Source of the DNA: an uncultured Gammaproteobacteria bacterium
GTDB lineage: Bacteria; Patescibacteriota; Patescibacteriia; Magasanikbacterales; JBBTXJ01
Direction of reading: 5' to 3'
Length of the DNA: 64,000 bases
NCBI GenBank assembly: GCA_964610305.1
Contig: CAZSVL010000001.1
Coordinates: 6,083 to 70,082 of the forward strand
Position numbers and translations under genes: made by a program
The notes under the pieces: generated by a model
What the model saw: only the letters and a program-made list of their open reading frames with translations
Told to the model about the DNA's origin: nothing
The model's database searches: none
Shown: one piece after another, positions 1-6,999 of the stretch
How positions within the stretch are numbered: the first letter of the stretch is position 1
Layout: each line of letters starts with the position of its first letter

Positions 1-21
1 CTCAAGCCATGATTGAATCAT
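1..21 (-). CDS. 5' end of a gene running off the left edge (MIQSWLE...), divergent from stem-loop array 1; candidate array effector
   Basis: Minus-strand ATG at 21, 6 nt after a strong SD (AGAAAGGAGGTGA, 28-40); extended -10 TGGTATAAT at 70-78 (-). Only 7 codons are visible. Confidence 0.6.
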
Positions 22-82
22 TCTCTGTCACCTCCTTTCTCCATGAGGATGCATTTATTTTCTGGCTTTATTATACCACATC

Positions 83-111
83 TTGACATTTAGTATGGTT
101 TTGCGTATAGT
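83..111 (+). promoter_or_regulatory. sigma70 promoter P1 of array 1
   Basis: TTGACA(83-88)-17 nt-TATAGT(106-111); first hairpin starts at 118. Confidence 0.8.
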
Positions 112-227
112 CTACCTGAGGAAAGAAGCGGTCGTTTATTAGGATACTACCAGTTCCTCTTTTTAAGTTCCCAATCCACAGAGCGATATGAAAGATGAGC
201 TAGTAAGACTGCCACATTATCGCACTG

Positions 228-255
228 AGCAGCATTTTTGGATGCTGCTTTTTTT
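228..255 (+). terminator. Intrinsic terminator after units 1-2
   Basis: AGCAGCAT-ttttgg-ATGCTGCT followed by a T-run. Confidence 0.8.
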
Positions 256-256
256 A

Positions 257-285
257 TTGACAAAAGATATGATTTTGTGTAGCGT
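257..285 (+). promoter_or_regulatory. sigma70 promoter P2 of array 1 (units 3-8)
   Basis: TTGACA(257-262)-17 nt-TAGCGT(280-285); unit 3 begins at 292. Confidence 0.7.
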
Positions 286-619
286 AGTAGAGAGGAAAGA
301 CGGTAGTAATTTAAAGACAAGGATCGTTCCTCATTTTGGGAGACAAGAAGTGGGCCTTAGATAAGATAGATCTCGCTCTCCCACATTTTTGTTTTCAGTT
401 CATAAAAATGGAATGAAGACATGAGGGAATGAGGAGAACTCTGGTAATATGGTTCACGTTCCCTCATTTTTTTGCCGGCAAGACAAGGTGATGAGTAAGA
501 TCGAAGAACTCCGGCATTTTTTAAGAGCAAGAAGGTCAGCGTAGTAAGAAGAGCGTTTTGCTCGCTTTTTTGGGGATACGACGGGAATGATTTCAATGAG
601 CAGGAGTTTATCCTCAAAT

Positions 620-648
620 GCCAGTAGCCGTGGCTGCTGGCTTTTTTT
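620..648 (+). terminator. Intrinsic terminator ending array 1
   Basis: GCCAGTAGCC-gt-GGCTGCTGGC followed by T7. Confidence 0.8.
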
Positions 649-682
649 ATTCAACGCAAGAAAATTCCAGCCATAGCGCGGG

Positions 683-781
683 CGTCATCCCGGAATTTGC
701 GAAGCAAATGTCCGGGATCTCACAGAAAAACGTATGCGGCGCAACGCTGCTGTTAGATTCTGAATCAAGTTCAGAATGACA
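683..781. repeat. REP-like palindrome doublet (GTCATCCCGG...CCGGGATCTC family)
   Basis: CGTCATCCCGGAATTTGCGAAGCAAATGTCCGGGATCTC plus inverted partner AGATTCTGAATCAAGTTCAGAATGACA. Confidence 0.8.
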
Positions 782-834
782 AGAAGCGAAGCTTTGTAAA
801 AAAATATCACGGCCGTAAGGCCGTGGAGCTTCAT

Positions 835-2466
835 TTAAGAAAGATGTTCCAGCGTCTCAGCTTCCTGCACGTTTTTCCATTTGAGATATCTTTTTTTAGC
901 GCCGTCTAAAATCTCTCTCATTTCTTGGCTTTTGAGCCAGAGCATTATGGCAGCATAAACAGCAAAGCCAACAATGCTAGCTCCAGAGAGTTTAAGCAAT
1001 ACACCCACAAACGTTTGCATGTTAACTATCTCCCCTAGGTAGTTTTTTGATATTTGTACAAAAAAGGCCATTATTACTCCTGCTATGCTCATTTTTATAA
1101 GAGAAACGATTATGACGCGTTCTTTAAGAGTACCCGTACGGTTATGAAGCCATACCCACAGCAAAATGGCGCTTACCACGCCTCCCAGCGCAAAAGACGC
1201 AGCAAGTGCTAATACGCCGTTTCCTGAGGCTGTTTGCTCAAAGAAAGGGATGGTTAATCGTGCAGTGCTAATAGTGACGGCTCCGCCGATAAGGCTGGCG
1301 ACAAAAGGTGTGGTGCTATCATGAAGCGCCCAGAATCCTCTAGAGAGAAGCGGCAAAAGTGCCTGCGCAAAAAGACCAATAGCAAAAAACGCTAGGCTGT
1401 CTGCGGTGCGTACGGTAGCCGCCCAATCAAAGGCGCCGCTGCCCAAAACAATGCGCACCAGCTCTGCTCTTAAAAGCAAAAAAAGTACCGTTATGGGTAC
1501 AATGAGAAGCAGTATTTTACGAACCGTGCCGGTAAGTGTTTCTATGTAATCGCTCATATTGCCATGCGCTCCAGAAGCGCAGAGTGAGGGAAACGCAGCA
1601 AGCGCAAATGAGATTCCCACAATGCCGATAGGAAAAAATTGAATGTTGTTGGCAAAATTAAAGACCGCAACGGAACCCACCGCCAAAGTGGTAGCCATGA
1701 CCGTAAGCATTAAAATAACACCCTGATAGACCAATAGGCTTGCGGTGCGCGGAACCATCATGCGTAGCAGCTTTTTTAAAGAAGGGCTCCAGCGCATCCT
1801 TGCTTGCAGAGAAAAGCCGCTGTGGTAGAGGGTAGGAACCTGAACCAATAAATGCAGTAGTGCGCCTAGCACTACCCCGTAGGCTACACCGGTTATTCCC
1901 CAATACTTTGAAAACCACAGCGCGCCAATAATAATGCCGGTGTTATACATTATGGGGCTCAGCGCGTAAACCAAAAAATATTTGAGTGATTGAAGTACGC
2001 CAGAGGCAATGGCAGAGATACCCAGGATGATAGGGCTCCAGAAGAGGATTTTTGAAAGAGAGGAAACAAGAAGTTGCTGATCGGCTGTAAATCCGGGAGC
2101 AATGAGCGCAGATAGGGGATCAGAGAAGAACATTAAAATAGCGCTGATGGCCACCACGGCGGTAAGCAGCGCGATAAAGACATTATTAGTAAATTCCCAC
2201 GCCTGCTTTTTGTTTTCTGTGTAAAGTTTGGTAAAGAGGGGGATGAAGCCAGCGGAGAGAGCGCCAGCGATAACAAGGTTATAAACAAGATCCGGAATCC
2301 TAAAGGCGGTAAAGTAAGCGTCTAGCTCAGGCCCTGCACCAAACGTGTGAGAGAGGGCGCGATCTCGTAGAACGCCCAAGAGCCTGGAGACAAAAGACGC
2401 GCCGGCTAGCAAAATGGCCGCACCCGTTATAGAGCTGGATTGTGCAGTGAAAATGCGTTTAATCAT
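835..2466 (-). CDS. murJ: Lipid II flippase MurJ (MviN)
   Basis: SRLLGVLRD, DAYFTAFRIPD, GALSAGFIP motifs; about 14 TM segments. Confidence 0.95.
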   Translation of the reverse strand: MIKRIFTAQSSSITGAAILLAGASFVSRLLGVLRDRALSHTFGAGPELDAYFTAFRIPDLVYNLVIAGALSAGFIPLFTKLYTENKKQAWEFTNNVFIALLTAVVAISAILMFFSDPLSALIAPGFTADQQLLVSSLSKILFWSPIILGISAIASGVLQSLKYFLVYALSPIMYNTGIIIGALWFSKYWGITGVAYGVVLGALLHLLVQVPTLYHSGFSLQARMRWSPSLKKLLRMMVPRTASLLVYQGVILMLTVMATTLAVGSVAVFNFANNIQFFPIGIVGISFALAAFPSLCASGAHGNMSDYIETLTGTVRKILLLIVPITVLFLLLRAELVRIVLGSGAFDWAATVRTADSLAFFAIGLFAQALLPLLSRGFWALHDSTTPFVASLIGGAVTISTARLTIPFFEQTASGNGVLALAASFALGGVVSAILLWVWLHNRTGTLKERVIIVSLIKMSIAGVIMAFFVQISKNYLGEIVNMQTFVGVLLKLSGASIVGFAVYAAIMLWLKSQEMREILDGAKKRYLKWKNVQEAETLEHLS

Positions 2467-3181
2467 CTGAATATTCTATATCCATAGTGACATCCTTAGT
2501 TACACCTTCTGGAGCTTCCACTATGAGAACAGTTCCATTTAAGTTTTCATTATCAAAGGTGATTTTTCTTTTCGTAGTGTCCAAAAATTCTCTTTGAACG
2601 CGTAAGCCCGCATCTAGCATTTGTGCCTGATACCAATCATCTATAAATTGCGGCTCAGCCGTGAGTCCCAACCATTGCAAGGTTGCTTTGTTTCTATATT
2701 CTCTAAGAGGTTCTTTTACAATTCCGCGGAAGGCATGCCACGCGGATTTTCCAGCATCTTTTCCTGGCGTAGTGGTTGCGGTCTCGTCGGGTTCTTCTAG
2801 GGCTAAAAATACGGGAGCCAGCAGGATTTTTGGTATGAAAGCAGCAGTTTCTGGCCCTCTTTGTTGCCGTTTTGCACTTATATACTCAATTTTTGTTGCC
2901 GATTTTATTTTGTAAACAGGCAGATCTGTTGGAAAATCGCTTGGAATTACGTTAACTTCTTTGGGTAGTGGTGGAGCAAAAATCCAAAAGCCCGCAACAA
3001 TTATAATGGCAAGAACGAAAAAACAACCACACCCGGAAAAACAGGTGCGGCGTACGCACGAGCGCGTCCGGCGAATCTCTTTCATGGCCGGACCTTGAAT
3101 TTCTATGTCATCATCTTCGTAATCTTCGTAATCGTCCTCAAATTCCTCTTGTTTGCTCATGAGCACTATAATATCACGCAA
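2459..3181 (-). CDS. Hypothetical membrane-anchored protein
   Basis: 240-aa ORF with an acidic N-terminus, a Cys-rich stretch before one TM helix; overlaps the murJ start. Confidence 0.75.
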   Translation of the reverse strand: MRDIIVLMSKQEEFEDDYEDYEDDDIEIQGPAMKEIRRTRSCVRRTCFSGCGCFFVLAIIIVAGFWIFAPPLPKEVNVIPSDFPTDLPVYKIKSATKIEYISAKRQQRGPETAAFIPKILLAPVFLALEEPDETATTTPGKDAGKSAWHAFRGIVKEPLREYRNKATLQWLGLTAEPQFIDDWYQAQMLDAGLRVQREFLDTTKRKITFDNENLNGTVLIVEAPEGVTKDVTMDIEYSDD

Positions 3182-3215
3182 ACGTCACTGGGGGAAGATG
3201 TGATATAATGCCGCT

Positions 3216-4571
3216 ATGAAGATTTCATTCTATGGGGCCGCAGGGCAAGTTACGGGATCTTGTTTTTTGGTAGAAACAAGTAGCGCCAAGGTTTTGGTAG
3301 ATTGCGGCATGTTTCAAGGATCAAACTTTAATGAAGGGCGAAATCACGAGAAATTTGAATTTGATCCTTCTAGCATAGATGCTGTTTTTGTAACGCATGC
3401 TCATGTGGATCACAACGGACGCATACCCAAGCTGGTACACGACGGTTTTAAAGGAAAAATCATTGCCACAAAAGGCACCAAAGATCTCATGCATATAGTA
3501 TGGGCAGATGCGCTTAAAATAATGACGTACAACAAGCGTAAATACGGCATGCCCCTGCTTTATCACGGAGAAGATGTGGCCGTTGCCGTGGCTGCGTGTA
3601 AAGGAGTGGATTACAAGAAAAGTATAACCATTAAAGGGGTTACAGCTACATTTCATGACGCAGGGCATATACTAGGATCCTCTTTTGTGGAGCTGGAGGC
3701 AGACGGCAAGCGTATAGTTTTCTCTGGTGATATTGGAAATGAGAACGTCCCTATTTTGCAAGATACCGCATCAATAAATGAGAAAGTAGACGCACTTATT
3801 ATTGAATCCACGTACGGAGACAGGATTCATGAAACCACCACGGAGCGCAGAAAAATAATAAAAGACGCCGTATCAAAAGCGCTGTGCTGTGGTGGCACAC
3901 TCATGATTCCAGCTTTTTCTATAGAGCGAACGCAAGAGCTTTTGTATGAGTTGAGCCAACTAATGGGAAGCGATAAGAGCATTCCGCGCGTACCGTTTTA
4001 TTTGGACAGCCCCATGGCTATTGCGGCACTAGCCGTGTATAAGAGATATCCACAATATTATGATGCGCAGGCCGAGGAGCTTACTAAAGCGGGAAATGAT
4101 TTTTTGAAATTTGAAGGTCTTAAGCTAACGCGCACCACCTCAGAATCTAAACGTATTAATAATGATAGGGGTCCTAAGGTTATTATTGCAGGATCGGGTA
4201 TGATGACGGGCGGACGCATTTTGCATCATGCCGTGCGCTATCTTACGGATCCGCGTAATACTCTTTTGTTGGTGGGCTACACGGCGCGTAATACACTCGG
4301 TAGAAAATTATATGAAGGGAAAAAGCGCGTAACGGTTATGAACAAGCGCATTACGGTAAAGGCAAAGGTTAAAGCTCTCGGTGCGCTTTCAGCTCATGGT
4401 GATCAAAAAAAGCTTCTCAAGTGGGCAAAGACGGCAAAAGGCGCACCAAAGCATATTTTTGCGGTACACGGAGAAGATCATTCTTTGGGAGCGTTATCTA
4501 AAAAATTGAAAGCGCAGTTTAAAAATTCTAACGTAATAATTCCAGAAGAGGGAGATAGTTTTGAGATATGA
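3216..4571 (+). CDS. MBL-fold beta-CASP ribonuclease (YSH1/CPSF-like)
   Basis: VTGSC, THAHVDHNG, AGHILGS, ESTYGDR, SAHGDQ, VHGE motifs. Confidence 0.92.
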   Translation: MKISFYGAAGQVTGSCFLVETSSAKVLVDCGMFQGSNFNEGRNHEKFEFDPSSIDAVFVTHAHVDHNGRIPKLVHDGFKGKIIATKGTKDLMHIVWADALKIMTYNKRKYGMPLLYHGEDVAVAVAACKGVDYKKSITIKGVTATFHDAGHILGSSFVELEADGKRIVFSGDIGNENVPILQDTASINEKVDALIIESTYGDRIHETTTERRKIIKDAVSKALCCGGTLMIPAFSIERTQELLYELSQLMGSDKSIPRVPFYLDSPMAIAALAVYKRYPQYYDAQAEELTKAGNDFLKFEGLKLTRTTSESKRINNDRGPKVIIAGSGMMTGGRILHHAVRYLTDPRNTLLLVGYTARNTLGRKLYEGKKRVTVMNKRITVKAKVKALGALSAHGDQKKLLKWAKTAKGAPKHIFAVHGEDHSLGALSKKLKAQFKNSNVIIPEEGDSFEI

Positions 4572-5158
4572 GAAATTTTAAAAAGTGGGGGGCATACGGC
4601 GCTCTTTTTTGTTTTTTTGGATTTGTGACAGTGGTGGGTACTATTCGTACCACCTATGTAGATAAAATGTATGCTGAGCATCCAGATTTAGACGCTCATA
4701 TTATGATTTTAGGTGGCAAAGTTGAGGCTGATGGTAGCGCTTCTGATTGGTTGGCAAACAGAGTAAGGGCAGGTGCCGTTCTAGCACAAAAGCAAGGCAA
4801 GCCGGTTTGGCTCAGTGGGGACAGTGGTTGGAAACGAAAAAATGAGATTGTGGCTATGGCAGAAGTGCTTGAGTCTTTCCACCTAGATTATATTGTTGAT
4901 GGAAGAGTTGGAAGAACCATAGATTCTTGCTGGAGAGCAAAGCACGTGCATGACATTGAAAGTTTAATTATCGTGACACAAAAATTCCATATGGCTAGAG
5001 CACTTTATCTTTGCAATAAACTGGGTATAGATACATACGGGGTTGTAGCAGAAAACGGAGAGAGCGGTTTGGCTACTACTTATCTAAGAGATTATGCGGC
5101 AAGCGTCTTAGCCTGGAGAGATATACAATTTGGTTATACGCCAGTGTACACGCAATAG
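4568..5158 (+). CDS. SanA/YdcF (DUF218) family protein
   Basis: N-terminal TM; ILGG, LSGD, E..AM, VTQKFHMARALY motifs. Confidence 0.85.
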   Translation: MRNFKKWGAYGALFCFFGFVTVVGTIRTTYVDKMYAEHPDLDAHIMILGGKVEADGSASDWLANRVRAGAVLAQKQGKPVWLSGDSGWKRKNEIVAMAEVLESFHLDYIVDGRVGRTIDSCWRAKHVHDIESLIIVTQKFHMARALYLCNKLGIDTYGVVAENGESGLATTYLRDYAASVLAWRDIQFGYTPVYTQ

Positions 5159-5173
5159 TGTTTTCAATATTTA

Positions 5174-5201
5174 TGTCATCCCGGGCTTGACCCGGGATCT
5201 C
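5174..5201 (+). repeat. REP-like palindrome upstream of the GIY-YIG gene
   Basis: TGTCATCCCGGGCTTGACCCGGGATCTC. Confidence 0.8.
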
Positions 5202-5207
5202 AAGAAC

Positions 5208-5504
5208 ATGAAACAATATTACGTCTACATCTTAACCAACCATACTAAAACGGTACTATACGTAGGTGTAACAAGTGACTTGATAAAAAGAGTGTGGCAA
5301 CATCGGCAAATGGTCGTAGAGGGATTTAGTAGAGAATACAAATTAGGGACCCTTGTTTACTTTGAAGTGCATCAAAATGTAAAAGAGGCCATCAAAAGAG
5401 AGAAGAGAATCAAAAAGTGGAAGCGTAAGTGGAAGGAGGAATTAATTGCGAGAGATAATCAAAATTGGGAGGATCTCTATCAGAGATTGCTGGATAGGCG
5501 TTGA
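5208..5504 (+). CDS. GIY-YIG nuclease family protein (REP-flanked)
   Basis: YYVYIL...LYVGVTSDLIKRVWQH...AIKREKRIKKWKRKWK; start taken at ATG 5208. Confidence 0.92.
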   Translation: MKQYYVYILTNHTKTVLYVGVTSDLIKRVWQHRQMVVEGFSREYKLGTLVYFEVHQNVKEAIKREKRIKKWKRKWKEELIARDNQNWEDLYQRLLDRR

Positions 5505-5509
5505 TTCTT

Positions 5510-5550
5510 GAGATCCCGGATATTTTGCTCTGCAAAATTCCGGGATGACA
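5510..5550 (-). repeat. REP-like palindrome downstream of the GIY-YIG gene (inverted)
   Basis: GAGATCCCGGATATTTTGCTCTGCAAAATTCCGGGATGACA. Confidence 0.8.
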
Positions 5551-5603
5551 GTATTGGTGTCTTATATGACGCAAAAATAAGAGCCCCAAAAAAGGAGCTG
5601 GGA

Positions 5604-5742
5604 CTATCCGAATATCGCGTAAATGAGCAGAAAAGCTGCAAAGAAAATACCGTGCGAGGCTAGCCAGAATTTTACTGATTCGCGTAGCAGGCTTGATTCT
5701 GGGTGATCAGTCAAAGTAGATCAGTGACAAGGTGGTTTTCAC
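5604..5742 (-). pseudogene. Small membrane-peptide gene, apparently frameshifted
   Basis: Promoter TTGACA(5799-5794)-17-TATCAT and SD AGGAGG precede GTG 5742. That frame stops after 11 codons; the +1 frame reads ...ESSLLRESVKFWLASHGIFFAAFLLIYAIFG* to 5604. Confidence 0.35.
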
Positions 5743-5852
5743 GGTTTCCTCCTGAAAAAGAACTCCTAAGATGATATCACCGTGAATTGCTCGTGTCAAG
5801 TATTGACGCGTATTTTGGTAGTTGCTACATTATGGTCATAGGAGGTTGCTCA

Positions 5853-6080
5853 TTGCGCAATATCAGGAACGTAGCAATAATTAAGAAACCAAACGGCAGC
5901 GCCTACGCTCTAAGATGCGGGCAAGGTGGTGTAAGAAAGGAGCGGGTACCACCAGAGCATACGGTAGTCTTTGAACTTCTTGCATTGCGGGGAGAAGACA
6001 TTGTTGCCTTTGAAAATAGAGCGGGCAGTATTGCTCGTCGGGAATTTGGACTTGGCTACATAGACGGCTTGGATATCTAA
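5853..6080 (+). CDS. Small hypothetical protein
   Basis: SD AGGAGG at 5840-5845, TTG start at 5853, TTGACG-17-TACATT promoter upstream, terminator hairpin at about 6092-6112. Confidence 0.55.
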   Translation: MRNIRNVAIIKKPNGSAYALRCGQGGVRKERVPPEHTVVFELLALRGEDIVAFENRAGSIARREFGLGYIDGLDI

Positions 6081-6124
6081 GATTTTAAATGGCTGGCTTG
6101 CCAGTCTTTTTTGATACAAAAAAA

Positions 6125-6366
6125 CCGGCAAAAAAGCTCGATATTAATTAACTTCCTGCTCATGCCGGAAAAAAAGGGTGGACCACACGACCATCCACAT
6201 AAATGAGAGATCTTCTCTTGGGTCCACCTAAAGTCAAATTATAGGAGAAATTATGACAAGCGTTAGGTCTCCTTTCATGAAAAACCATGTTCTACTGCGC
6301 TTGCCAAAGATGGGGTGAGGGTTGATCACTTGCAACGTCTTATAAAAGAACCCTGTCATGCCCTCA
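6125..6366 (-). ncRNA. Dual-spacer stem-loop array 2 (4 units, same architecture as array 1)
   Basis: Minus-strand units at 6316-6366, 6254-6306, 6176-6229, 6125-6168. Each is a stem enclosing box-N9-loop-box-N9; the second box of unit 6176-6229 is ambiguous. The last unit is followed by T7. Confidence 0.8.
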
Positions 6367-6371
6367 GTAAT

Positions 6372-6400
6372 AGGCTAGCATTTGTTGTGCTGCTTGTCAA
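6372..6400 (-). promoter_or_regulatory. sigma70 promoter of array 2
   Basis: TTGACA(6400-6395)-17 nt-TAGCCT(6377-6372); first hairpin begins at 6366. Confidence 0.75.
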
Positions 6401-6404
6401 CCCG

Positions 6405-6413
6405 TGTGGATAA
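6405..6413 (-). promoter_or_regulatory. Consensus DnaA box between the array-2 and mraZ promoters
   Basis: TGTGGATAA is the reverse complement of TTATCCACA. Confidence 0.5.
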
Positions 6414-6419
6414 CCAGCC

Positions 6420-6471
6420 TTGATCATCCCTAATAAAGCGTGTAGAATGGGTTGTAGTGGGGAAAAGTGGG
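6420..6471 (+). promoter_or_regulatory. mraZ promoter with MraZ-binding repeats
   Basis: TTGATC-17-TAGAAT followed by ATGGG-N5-GTGGG-N5-GTGGG (10-bp period), the known MraZ box arrangement. Confidence 0.75.
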
Positions 6472-6567
6472 GAAATCTAAAGATGACCCCGAGTTTTAAT
6501 ATAAGTTGGGCAGTGTGCCCGGGTGTTGCGCTAAAACTTTAAAACGGCTGTCAAGTCGCTGCATAAA

Positions 6568-6999
6568 ATGTTTTTAGGCGAGTATCACCACAACTTAGAT
6601 GACAAGGGGCGGCTGGCTATACCAGCTAAATTTCGCGTTGCATTGAGCCGTGGAGCGGTGGTTACACGAGGCCTTGACAATTGTTTATTTATTCTTCCAA
6701 AAAAAGAGCTAGAGCGTCTTGCTATAAAGCTTGCAGAGCTTCCATTAAGCCAGTCAAAAACACGTGCGTATGCGCGTCACATGTTGGCCGGCGCCATGGA
6801 AAGCAAACCAGACAAGCAAGGACGCATTGTTATTCCGGACTATCTCCAAAACTTTGCCAAGATTAAAAAATCTGTAGTTGTTGCTGGGCTGTATAACCGC
6901 ATAGAGGTGTGGGATAAGACGGCGTGGGAGCGCTACGCGGCAAAGAATGAAAAAGAGATAGACGCCATTGCAGAAGCCCTTGGAGAATTTGGCATATGA
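6568..6999 (+). CDS. mraZ: Transcriptional regulator MraZ
   Basis: MFLGEY...DDKGRLAIPAKFR, DKQGRIVIP, RIEVWD. Confidence 0.97.
   Translation: MFLGEYHHNLDDKGRLAIPAKFRVALSRGAVVTRGLDNCLFILPKKELERLAIKLAELPLSQSKTRAYARHMLAGAMESKPDKQGRIVIPDYLQNFAKIKKSVVVAGLYNRIEVWDKTAWERYAAKNEKEIDAIAEALGEFGI

Larger units (their letters stand above)
118..616 (+). ncRNA. Dual-spacer stem-loop array 1 (8 units; TIGR/box C/D-like putative guide RNAs)
   Basis: Units at 118-159, 183-223, 292-332, 337-383, 421-467, 473-516, 525-563, 571-616. Each is a terminal stem enclosing AN(G/T)A-N9-(4-5 nt loop)-AN(G/T)A-N9. Units are mostly separated by U-rich linkers. Confidence 0.85.

Noticed and set aside
391-420. Hairpin GTTTTCA...TGAAGAC between units 4 and 5
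   Set aside because: It is too short and lacks the two-box/two-spacer grammar, so it was not counted as a unit; it may be a degenerate one.
533-558. Unit 7 spacers (AGGTCAGCG, AGAGCGTTT) resemble same-sense segments of bacterial tRNA-Ala
   Set aside because: The matches are same-sense, 9 nt and recalled from memory, and no other unit shows this, so chance is likely. It is worth including in the target search.
118-616. CRISPR array interpretation
   Set aside because: There is no conserved 23-47 bp direct repeat and no cas genes; conservation is limited to 4-nt boxes, spacing and stem pairing.
118-616. Units as a run of ordinary intrinsic terminators (hairpin + U-tract)
   Set aside because: Loops of about 30 nt with fixed box-N9-loop-box-N9 spacing are unlike terminators; true tight-loop terminators are present separately at 228-255 and 620-648.
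357-654. Minus-strand ORFs 357-617 and 454-654
   Set aside because: No SD or recognisable protein features; they are antisense to the promoter- and terminator-bounded hairpin array.
6405-6413. Replication origin
   Set aside because: Only a single DnaA box, with no cluster, AT-rich unwinding element or dnaA nearby.
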